This document shows, piece after piece, positions 18,546-26,789 of a DNA stretch of 64,000 bases. The notes under the pieces are model-generated. The model saw nothing but the letters and a program-made list of their open reading frames with translations, was not told the origin of the DNA and searched no databases. Origin of the DNA: an uncultured Clostridia bacterium. GTDB taxonomy: Bacteria; Bacillota; Clostridia; TANB77; CAG-508. The stretch is from assembly GCA_944388705.1 (NCBI GenBank), contig CALXJU010000003.1:3501-67500 (forward strand), given 5' to 3'. Every line of letters starts with the position of its first letter. Positions within the stretch are counted from its first letter, which is position 1. Made by a program: the position numbers and the translations under genes.

Positions 18546-18653
18546 TTGAATGAAAATATACAAGAAATATACACTGAAGATGGAAAAAGATTATTAGATT
18601 TAATTCAAGAATGGATTGATGAGAATAATTCTTTTTTTTATTTTAAAAGATAA
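18546..18653 (+). CDS. Possible 35-aa ORF upstream of the recombinase (TTG start)
   Basis: GAGGTG lies 6 nt upstream of the TTG. Product LNENIQEIYTEDGKRLLDLIQEWIDENNSFFYFKR. No recognised family. Confidence 0.25.
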   Translation: MNENIQEIYTEDGKRLLDLIQEWIDENNSFFYFKR

Positions 18654-18687
18654 GAAATAGTTATAGACTCAAGATAGGAGGGAAAAC

Positions 18688-20257
18688 ATGTATGAGTCAA
18701 ATAATTATTCATCAAACCAATATACATGGAATGTAGCTATATATGTAAGATTATCAAGAGAAGATGAAAAAGAAGCAAAATATAAAAGTCAATCAGAAAG
18801 CATTGAAAATCAAATTAAATTTCTTAAAAAAGTTGTATCAGAAAAAAACTGGAATTTAATAGATATTTATTCAGATGATGGTTATACTGGAACAAATTTT
18901 AATAGACCAGCTTTTCAACGATTGATAAAAGACATAGAAAATAAAATTATTAATTTAGTTATAACAAAAGATTTATCAAGACTAGGAAGAGACTACATAG
19001 AAACAGGAAGATTTATAGAAAAATATTTTCCAGAAAAAAGAGTAAGATATATAGCAGTTAATGATAATATAGATACATTTGATATAAATAATTTTAGTAG
19101 TGATATAACACCATTTAAAGCAGTATTTAATGATATGTATGCAAAAGATATTTCTAATAAGGTGAGAACAGCAATTACCACAAAAGCAAATGCAGGAGAA
19201 TGTATAAAACCTTTTTTACCATATGGACTAAAAAAAGATATACACAATAAAAATAATATATTAATAGATGAAGATGTTGCTGATAATGTTAGAAAAATTT
19301 TTGATTTATATATGTTAGGAAATTCAAAAACACAAATTGCAACAAAATTTAATGAGTGGGGGATAAAAACTCCATTACAACATAAGCAAGAAACAACAAA
19401 CTATTATAATCCAAAAGCAAAACAAAAAATGTATAAATGGAATTCTACAATGATAAATAAAATATTAAGAGATAGAAGCTATGTAGGAGATTTAGTTCAA
19501 TTAAAAAATAAAAAAATAAATTATAAAATCCCTAAAACGGAAAAAGTATCTTTAGAAAATCAAATAATAATAGAAAATAATTATCCTGGTATAATAAGCA
19601 GAAATGTTTATAATACCGTACAAGAAATGTTAGACAAACAAGCTAATGAGTGGAATTATTCTAATAAAAAAAGACATATATTAACAGGATTGGTTTACTG
19701 TAATTGTGGTGGTAAAATTACATATAACAAAAATCATGGTAAATATTTTAGATGTATATGCTCAAATTATAAAAAATATGGAAAAGATATTTGTAAAGGT
19801 GTCCATATTAGAGAAGATGAATTAATAGAAATTGTTAGAAAATCATTAAAAAATAATATACAACAATATTTGAATATTAGAGATTTAAAATTTAATCGGT
19901 GTTCAAAACAAAGAAAATAATAAAAATCATATTATAAAAATTGAAAATAAAAAAAGAGAAATTAATAAATTAATAAGTAATTTATATGAAGACAAGATTT
20001 CAGGTATAATTTCACAAGATACATTTTCTAGTCTTATTAATAAGTATGAAGAACAAAAACAACAATTAGAAATTGACATAGAGAAACATGAAATATATAT
20101 TCCTAATACAACAAAATATAATGATTTAATAAAAGAATTATTAAATTTTAATGAAATCAATGATAAAAATATAGGTTTAGTTTTTAAATTAATAAATAAA
20201 ATTATTATAGATGATAAAAATATTAGTATAAATTATAAATTTTCTTTATCTGCATAA
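18688..20257 (+). pseudogene. Large serine recombinase with an apparent frameshift near 19887-19900
   Basis: The N-terminus VAIYVRLSREDE (catalytic Ser), DDGYTGTNFNRPAFQ and SRLGRD, plus the recombinase and zinc-ribbon regions, run to a stop at 19920. The C-terminal coiled-coil (..INKLISNLYEDKISGIISQDTFSSLINKYEEQ..IIIDDKNISINYKF) continues in another frame to 20257. Confidence 0.7.
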
Positions 20258-20295
20258 AAAATTATTAAAATTCCTCCAGATTGAACCAAGGGTGG

Positions 20296-20319
20296 CCTTG
20301 GGAAAGGGGGAATTTTTAA
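20296..20319 (+). CDS. cotJB: Displaced native 3' end of cotJB (PWERGNF*)
   Basis: CCT TGG GAA AGG GGG AAT TTT TAA is in frame with 12613 after excision. The TAA is directly followed by the cotJC ATG. Confidence 0.65.
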   Translation, partial: PWERGNF

Positions 20320-20526
20320 ATGTGGACTTATAATAAAATGTTACAATATCCAGTTAATATCAAATGCACAGACCCTCGTCTTGCAAAAGTAATTATTTCT
20401 CAATATGGAGGTCCAGATGGAGAACTTGCAGCTTCTTTAAGATATTTGTCTCAAAGATTTGGTATGCCTGACCAAAATGCAAAAGCTATTTTAAATGATA
20501 TTGGTACTGAAGAATGTGTTCCATGA
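20320..20526 (+). CDS. cotJC: cotJC 5' segment (65 native codons to 20514, then CVP* from the inserted element)
   Basis: MWTYNKMLQYPVNIK..YGGPDGELAASLRYLSQRF..LNDIGTEE is the N-terminus of the CotJC/Mn-catalase family. Confidence 0.85.
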   Translation: MWTYNKMLQYPVNIKCTDPRLAKVIISQYGGPDGELAASLRYLSQRFGMPDQNAKAILNDIGTEECVP

Positions 20527-20684
20527 TGTTATCAAGAAGATGAAAAATCAGTGTGTTCCATTTTGGAATATACTGCATCAGATAAATTGGAAAAATAGTC
20601 CAGATGGTTTAATATACAAATATGATGTGTCACTTGGTGAACTGTCTTTTTAATACTGCTTTATAATCAATAGTCATAAACTAA

Positions 20685-22235
20685 TCAGGCTAAGAATTTA
20701 GGGTATATATGTAATTCAAAATTTGTTGAGTTAGAACTTTTTTTAATAGCTTTTTCTATTTTTAAATATGTAATTTTTGAAATTATGCTTTTTAAGAATA
20801 TATTCTTATCTTCAGCTGTTTCTAAGTTATCATATAAATCAATTATATTTTCTAATTTGGGTTTCATGGTTTCTTTTGGAAAATTTTTATTACTCTGTAA
20901 TAAAGATTTATATTCTTCTAATTTAATTTTTAAATTTTGAATATTATCTTTAATAGCTTTTGAACGAGTAATAAATTCATCTTTATTATAAAGACCGTTT
21001 TCCAAAAAGCTATAAACATTATCAAGTTTAGCATTTTCTTTTGCTAATTCTTTTTTTGTTGCTAAAATAGATTGCTCTATTATCTTGTTATTATCTGTAT
21101 TAAAATTACTTTTAATATCATAATTTACTTTATAATTTTTAAACCATATTTTTAAAGCCTCAATGATTTTATTTTCTACAATATAAAGTTTAGAACTTAT
21201 ATTATCACATTTTGGATTTGGACAAATAAGGGAGGAAGGTTTATCAGCTTTTGTATAAGGTCGTCTTTGCATAGGTTTTCCGCACTTTTCACAAAATACT
21301 AGACCAACTAATGGATTTTGAATAATGTTATTATGTTTTACTTTTGGAGTATTTTGTTTTCTTTTTTCTTGTACTAATTCCCAAGTCTTATTATCAATAA
21401 TAGGTTCATGTAATCCGTCATAAATTAAATAATCTTGATTACGAGGTCTACTAATTATAAGATGTCCATTTTTTGTTTTCTTATTTTGTTTTCTTCTATT
21501 CCAAACAATTTTACCGATATATGTAGGATTAGAGAGAATATCTTTAACAGAAGAAATACTCCATTCATTTGCAATTCTAGGCTTTAAATTTAAATTATTT
21601 AAATGTTTTGTAACTGAATTTATAGTAGTATTTTCAAAACAATATAATCTAAAAATTTCTTTTACAATAGGTGCTTCATCTTGATTTATAGATAAAGTAT
21701 ATCCTTTTGCATCTTTTAGTTTTACTCTATCATATCCAAAAGGAGCAATATTTCCAACAAATTTACCTTCTTGTACTGAAAGTTCACGACCTCTTTGCAA
21801 ACGTCTATTAATTGTTTTATATTCTCTTCTAGACATAAATAAGCCAAATTCAAAATATTCTTCATCAAATTCATTATCTGGGTCATAAGTTTTAACAGGA
21901 GTGATAATTTTTGTATGAGAATATTTAAAAGCTTTTGCAACAATGCCTTGGTCAGAAGTATCACCACGGGCAAGTCTTTCTACTTCAACAACTAAAATAC
22001 CAGTCCATTTTTCATTTTCGACATCTCTAAGAAGTTTTTGCATTTCTTTTCTTTCGCTAATAGTTTCACCACTAACAACTTCTCTATAAATTTTTGAAAT
22101 AGGCAGATTTCGGCTTGAAGCTAAAGTAGTTAAAATTTTTTCATGTCTTGCTAAAGTTTCACCTTCACCATATTTTTCAGCTTCAATATCTTCTCTGGAT
22201 TTTCTTAAATATATTGCATATGTGCCGTTTTGCAT
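20685..22235 (-). CDS. Large serine recombinase (intact, 516 aa)
   Basis: AIYLRKSREDIE (catalytic Ser), VERLARGD, a recombinase domain, a Cys4 zinc ribbon (CEKCGKPM...CPNPKCDN) and a C-terminal coiled-coil. Confidence 0.9.
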   Translation of the reverse strand: MQNGTYAIYLRKSREDIEAEKYGEGETLARHEKILTTLASSRNLPISKIYREVVSGETISERKEMQKLLRDVENEKWTGILVVEVERLARGDTSDQGIVAKAFKYSHTKIITPVKTYDPDNEFDEEYFEFGLFMSRREYKTINRRLQRGRELSVQEGKFVGNIAPFGYDRVKLKDAKGYTLSINQDEAPIVKEIFRLYCFENTTINSVTKHLNNLNLKPRIANEWSISSVKDILSNPTYIGKIVWNRRKQNKKTKNGHLIISRPRNQDYLIYDGLHEPIIDNKTWELVQEKRKQNTPKVKHNNIIQNPLVGLVFCEKCGKPMQRRPYTKADKPSSLICPNPKCDNISSKLYIVENKIIEALKIWFKNYKVNYDIKSNFNTDNNKIIEQSILATKKELAKENAKLDNVYSFLENGLYNKDEFITRSKAIKDNIQNLKIKLEEYKSLLQSNKNFPKETMKPKLENIIDLYDNLETAEDKNIFLKSIISKITYLKIEKAIKKSSNSTNFELHIYPKFLA

Positions 22236-22247
22236 AAATTCTCCTTT

Positions 22248-22382
22248 CTATGAAAAGGATTTTTCTATTAGATTAATAATTACATTATCGATATATTTTT
22301 TTTGTTCGGCAGTATCTTTAACTACACAATCATCATAAAATTTTATTTTAGTTTTTTCTATCATATATTCTTCTAAGAGCAT
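22248..22382 (-). CDS. 44-aa ORF directly upstream of the recombinase (candidate accessory/directionality factor, speculative)
   Basis: AAGAGGTG RBS before the ATG at 22382. It ends 12 nt before the recombinase start. Confidence 0.3.
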   Translation of the reverse strand: MLLEEYMIEKTKIKFYDDCVVKDTAEQKKYIDNVIINLIEKSFS

Positions 22383-22448
22383 TAAAATCACCTCTTTAAA
22401 ATTTATGAAAATAGAATAAAAAAATACCAAAACTATTTATAAATAATA

Positions 22449-22477
22449 TTGACGAAAGAAAAATAAGATAATATAAT
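22449..22477 (+). promoter_or_regulatory. Sigma-A promoter
   Basis: TTGACG, 17 nt, TATAAT. Confidence 0.5.
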
Positions 22478-22503
22478 TAACAAAAAAGATTGGAGTGAAG
22501 AAT

Positions 22504-23010
22504 ATGAAAACAAATTTATCTAATTTAATGAATATTGTAGTAGAAGAGGAGAGAAAATTCTCAGCATATGGATATGAATTAAAAGAATATGCATATAATA
22601 CTTCTACACAAGAATTAGATGGAACAGTTAATATAATTGAAGACTACAAAGAAGACTTTACAAAAGATTTTGAAGAATATAAAAAAACACAAGAAAAAAT
22701 TACAAAAATTAAATCTATGATATTCCAAAAAAACAATACATTTAAATTACCAGATGGGAGAACAATCCAAGAAGCACTAGTTGATAATACAAATTTAAGA
22801 AAAATGAAAAATCTATATAATTATTTATTATCACAAAAAAGTGTAAAGAAAAGAGTAACAGAAGTAAATAATTCATATTTTGAATGTAAAACAATTAATT
22901 TTGATATTAATCAAATAAGAGAAGAATACGAAATTTTAGAAAAGAAAATTCAAGATACAGATTTTGAAATTTCAAAATTAAATTCAATAGAGTTTGAAAT
23001 AGATATTTAA
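22504..23010 (+). CDS. DIP1984-family (septicolysin-like) coiled-coil protein
   Basis: The central FKLPDGRTIQEALVDNTNLRKMKNLYNYL resembles the L.DGRT..EAL..RD.L block of that family. The assignment is from memory. Confidence 0.45.
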   Translation: MKTNLSNLMNIVVEEERKFSAYGYELKEYAYNTSTQELDGTVNIIEDYKEDFTKDFEEYKKTQEKITKIKSMIFQKNNTFKLPDGRTIQEALVDNTNLRKMKNLYNYLLSQKSVKKRVTEVNNSYFECKTINFDINQIREEYEILEKKIQDTDFEISKLNSIEFEIDI

Positions 23011-23261
23011 AAAATGGGTGCTTGCAAAGTTATTTAGCAAGGTAAATGAGAAAAAAGCTAACAGCCTATACTATCCTTTTCATATCGAAAATGTTATAAA
23101 TGAATAAAAAGGAAGATAGCAAAATCTGGTCAAAAGATTGGCAATTTTTTATTACAAATTATATATTTTATGTGTTTTTTTCACAATTTAAATTTACAAT
23201 TCAAAAAAATAAAAATTGAAATGTGGATAATTATTAAATAAAAAGATATGAAAGGATAGGG

Positions 23262-23294
23262 CAGTCATACAATTATTTTGTAATTGTATGACTG
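23262..23294. terminator. Perfect 14-bp hairpin downstream of the sortase gene
   Basis: CAGTCATACAATTA-TTTTG-TAATTGTATGACTG. Confidence 0.55.
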
Positions 23295-23305
23295 TTATAA
23301 ATTTT

Positions 23306-24109
23306 CTATTTTTTTCCAACTACTGCAAATCTTCCATCTTTAACATGATAAGAACAAGTAGATAAAGTAATTAATTGGTCTCCATATTTAGCAGTTGGAG
23401 CAATATCGTATAAAGATGCATTTTTTGCATTATTTATAAACTCATTATATTCTTGTTCTGTTTCAGCATTAACAAAAAAATAATACCTAAAAACATTTTT
23501 TTCTGATTGATAATATACTCTTGATTTAAAAACAGCGATAATTTCATATTCTGAATCATCATCAACAGTCGTAAAACGAATTCTAGGGTGTTGTTCATAA
23601 AAAGATTGATTAGAATATTTTAATAATTCTTGAAACATCGTACCATTATTTAAATTGTGACCATATATTAACAAATTACTACTTGGAATTTCCCAATTAT
23701 AATCTTTTGTTAAAAAAATTGAACCATTTTTAGATTTTTGTTTTTTATAATTATGCTTCATATAATATTCATTATCAGCACCTTGTAAAACCGGATAATT
23801 AATGCTAGTACCAGGTATTTCTAACCAGCCTACAATATCAGAATTTTGGCTTTTAAGTTCTTTTACTTTAAGCATTCTTTCTGTTTCTTGAGGTAGTGTT
23901 TCAACAGGAGTGTTTTCTGTGATTAAATCTGTTTGCTTTCTAGAAACATTATTTACAATCTTATCACTATCAATGTCATTTAATAAATTACTTTCCTCAA
24001 TAGCTTCTTTTTTTAATAAAAACGAATTTATGATATATATAATCGATAAAATAATTAATAAAACTAAAATAAAATATATTAAAATATAAATTTTTTTAGT
24101 TTTTTTCAT
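23306..24109 (-). CDS. srtB: Class B sortase
   Basis: N-terminal TM, LIYGHN, and LITLSTCSY (catalytic Cys, TLSTC signature). Confidence 0.8.
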   Translation of the reverse strand: MKKTKKIYILIYFILVLLIILSIIYIINSFLLKKEAIEESNLLNDIDSDKIVNNVSRKQTDLITENTPVETLPQETERMLKVKELKSQNSDIVGWLEIPGTSINYPVLQGADNEYYMKHNYKKQKSKNGSIFLTKDYNWEIPSSNLLIYGHNLNNGTMFQELLKYSNQSFYEQHPRIRFTTVDDDSEYEIIAVFKSRVYYQSEKNVFRYYFFVNAETEQEYNEFINNAKNASLYDIAPTAKYGDQLITLSTCSYHVKDGRFAVVGKK

Positions 24110-24151
24110 ACTAACTCCAAAAATATATTATATAAGGATAGACTAAAAAGA

Positions 24152-25276
24152 CTATCCTTTAATATTTTTCTTGTTAATAGTTGCAATTGCTATTACTGAG
24201 AATAATATAGTTAATACAGCGATTCCCAAATAATTTTGAACACCAGTTTTTGGAGTTTCATCTTTTACTCCATTATTTACTTCTGGTGTAGTTTCTGGTA
24301 TAGTTGTTTCAACTTTTGAAATTTTTGCATAAACAGTTGTATCAGCAGTTATAGGATTATTAAAATCAAAAGCATTAGCAAAATTTGCATCTGTATAGAA
24401 TCCATCAACAACTTGATTTTCTCCTAATTTAATATGAGTTTTTAATAAATCAGCAGTTATTTTTTCACCTGAATTTACTGTTATTTTATAAGTTACATCA
24501 TTAACAAAAATAGTAACAATTAATTGTTTTACATCTACATTTGGTGTAGCTTTATCAGGTATAGTTGTTTCTGAAATAACATTATTATTTTTATCAGTTA
24601 ATACTACTTTATTTCCTGATAAAACAACTTTATTTGTTGTATCAGGTGTATTTGTAATAGTAAAATCTGTTAAATGACCATTTTCAGCTGGACGAACTAC
24701 ATTTTCATTTGATTCAGTAGTTAATACCCCATTCATTACTAAAGTTGGATTATTTGTAGCTGAAGCACCTTTGTCAATTTCTATACCATTATTGGCTCCT
24801 GTGCCATTTTTTCCTAAATGTAATCTTTTTACTTCAACATTACCACCATTTGCAAGAACACCGCCATATTTAAATCCTGAAATTGAAACATTATCTAAAA
24901 TAACAGTTGCACCATCATAAGATTGTACACCATATTTTGGACCATTTTTCAATTGAATATTTTTTAATGTAAGTTTAGCTGCAGAAAATTGAGCTGTAAA
25001 CATTGTTTGATTTCCTGATGTAGATGTCCAATCTTTAGAACCAACTACATTATGACCATTACCATCAATTGTTAATTCTTTAGCTATTACAATTGGTTTT
25101 GTTACTGTAATATCATTTTGTAATGTTATTGTTGCTCCTGAGTCTGCACTTGAAATTACACTATTTAAAGATTCCTCATCATGAGCTGTTGTTGCAGCCT
25201 TACTATAATTTGGTAGCATAATTGCAAAAATAGCTGTTACTATAAAAAATAAAATGAATTTTATTGTTTTATTCAT
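24152..25276 (-). CDS. Cell-wall-anchored beta-helix surface protein (sortase substrate)
   Basis: Signal peptide, an N-cap SLNSVISSADSGATITLQNDITV..LTIDGNGH, and a C-terminal TPKTG sorting motif followed by a TM and KKNIKG. ATG at 25276 with a GGAGGTG RBS. Confidence 0.75.
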   Translation of the reverse strand: MNKTIKFILFFIVTAIFAIMLPNYSKAATTAHDEESLNSVISSADSGATITLQNDITVTKPIVIAKELTIDGNGHNVVGSKDWTSTSGNQTMFTAQFSAAKLTLKNIQLKNGPKYGVQSYDGATVILDNVSISGFKYGGVLANGGNVEVKRLHLGKNGTGANNGIEIDKGASATNNPTLVMNGVLTTESNENVVRPAENGHLTDFTITNTPDTTNKVVLSGNKVVLTDKNNNVISETTIPDKATPNVDVKQLIVTIFVNDVTYKITVNSGEKITADLLKTHIKLGENQVVDGFYTDANFANAFDFNNPITADTTVYAKISKVETTIPETTPEVNNGVKDETPKTGVQNYLGIAVLTILFSVIAIATINKKNIKG

Positions 25277-25465
25277 TTTTTTCACCTCCATCAAAAATTA
25301 TTGTCTCCTTTTTAATTTTAAATATTTACAAAAATCATTAAAAAAATTTTCCAAAAAATTTTTTGCAGAATATGAATAATATTGTAAATGATTGTGTTAA
25401 ATAAAATTTTTATATAAAAAAATAAAAATACAGAACAAAAAGTTATTTTTGCATATAAAAATAAC

Positions 25466-25494
25466 TTGACAAAATTGCAATTAAATTTTATAAT
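25466..25494 (+). promoter_or_regulatory. Consensus sigma-A promoter
   Basis: TTGACA, 17 nt, TATAAT, overlapped by an 11-bp hairpin AAGTTATTTTT/AAAAATAACTT. Confidence 0.6.
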
Positions 25495-25502
25495 AAATAT
25501 AG

Positions 25503-26705
25503 GTGATGAATATGTTAAAAAGAGAACTATATTTAAAAAGAATTAGAGATTTTTATGATAGTGATTTAGTAAAAATTTTAGTAGGGATTCGTAGAAGTGG
25601 AAAATCAGTCATATTAGAACAAATAATAGAAGAATTGAGAAATAAGGGAATAGATATAGAACATATCATATATATTAATTTTGAATTTATAGAATTTGAA
25701 GAACTAACAGATTATAAAAAATTAAATAAATATATTAAAGACAAAATTAAAGATAATTCAATGTATTATTTGTTTTTTGATGAAATACAAAATGTAGATA
25801 ATTTTGAAAAAGTAGTAAATTCTCTTAGAGCTTCAGAAAAAGTAAGTATATTTATTACTGGTTCAAATAGTAGACTCTTATCAGAAGAATTATCAACAGT
25901 ACTTTCAGGAAGATATGTAAGTTTTAGAATAAATCCTTTATCTTATAAAGAAGTATTACAATTACAAGGAAAAGAATCAAATGATGAAATATTCAACAAT
26001 TATATGAAATGGGGAAGCTTACCTAATAGATTTGAATTTAAAAATGAAGAATCTATAAAAAATTATTTATACGGAGTTTTTGATTCTATTATATTAAGAG
26101 ATGTAGTAGAAAGATTAAAAATAAGAGATACAGCATTATTTAATTTAATTTTACAATATATTATAGATACAATAGGTAGAGAATTTTCAGCTGAAAATAT
26201 TATAAATTTTTTAAAAAACGAAGGAAGAGAAGTTTCTACATTGACCATATATTCTTACTTAGATGCTCTATGTAAAGCTTTATTAATTAGAAAAGTCTAT
26301 AGATATGATATTCACGGAAAAGCAGTTTTAAAAACTTTGAATAAATATTATGTTACAGATTTAGGAATAGCACAAATAAAAAATAACAAGACAGAAATAG
26401 ATAAAAGCTATGCAATTGAAAACATTGTTTATAATGAATTAATAATAAAAGGATATGATGTTTATACAGGAAAAACAAAAAAAGGAGAAATAGATTTTGT
26501 GGCAACTAAACCAAATAAAAAAATTTATATACAAGTTGCTTTTAGTATACCTAACGAAGATACTAAAATTAGAGAATTTGGAGCATATAATGTCATAAAC
26601 GATAATTATCCTAAATATGTTATTTCTTTAGATAAATTTACTTACGAATATAATGGAATAAAACATGTAAACTTAATAGATTTTTTACTAGATGATGAAT
26701 TTTAA
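25503..26705 (+). CDS. AAA-family ATPase with a DUF4143-type C-terminus
   Basis: Walker A GIRRSGKS, Walker B LFFDEIQ. The start may be the ATG at 25512. Confidence 0.7.
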   Translation: MMNMLKRELYLKRIRDFYDSDLVKILVGIRRSGKSVILEQIIEELRNKGIDIEHIIYINFEFIEFEELTDYKKLNKYIKDKIKDNSMYYLFFDEIQNVDNFEKVVNSLRASEKVSIFITGSNSRLLSEELSTVLSGRYVSFRINPLSYKEVLQLQGKESNDEIFNNYMKWGSLPNRFEFKNEESIKNYLYGVFDSIILRDVVERLKIRDTALFNLILQYIIDTIGREFSAENIINFLKNEGREVSTLTIYSYLDALCKALLIRKVYRYDIHGKAVLKTLNKYYVTDLGIAQIKNNKTEIDKSYAIENIVYNELIIKGYDVYTGKTKKGEIDFVATKPNKKIYIQVAFSIPNEDTKIREFGAYNVINDNYPKYVISLDKFTYEYNGIKHVNLIDFLLDDEF

Positions 26706-26789
26706 TAAAAATGAATATTTAAATGGTCAAAAAAGTGCTTTTGAAATAAAGAATTACGTAAAATTCTAATAAAGAAAGGATTTGATGAA

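Larger units (their letters stand above)
12614..20295. mobile_element. 7,682-bp serine-recombinase intervening element inserted in the 3' end of cotJB
   Basis: TGG is shared at both junctions (12611-12613 and 20293-20295). Joining them restores ...EEPW-PWERGNF* with the TAA abutting the cotJC ATG. The recombinase gene sits at the right edge. Imperfect inverted repeats CTCCA..GAACC / GGTTC..TGGAG span the ends. Confidence 0.75.

Noticed and set aside
19927-20160. 77-aa minus-strand ORF
   Set aside because: It is antisense to the recombinase C-terminal coiled-coil frame, which has clear family character.
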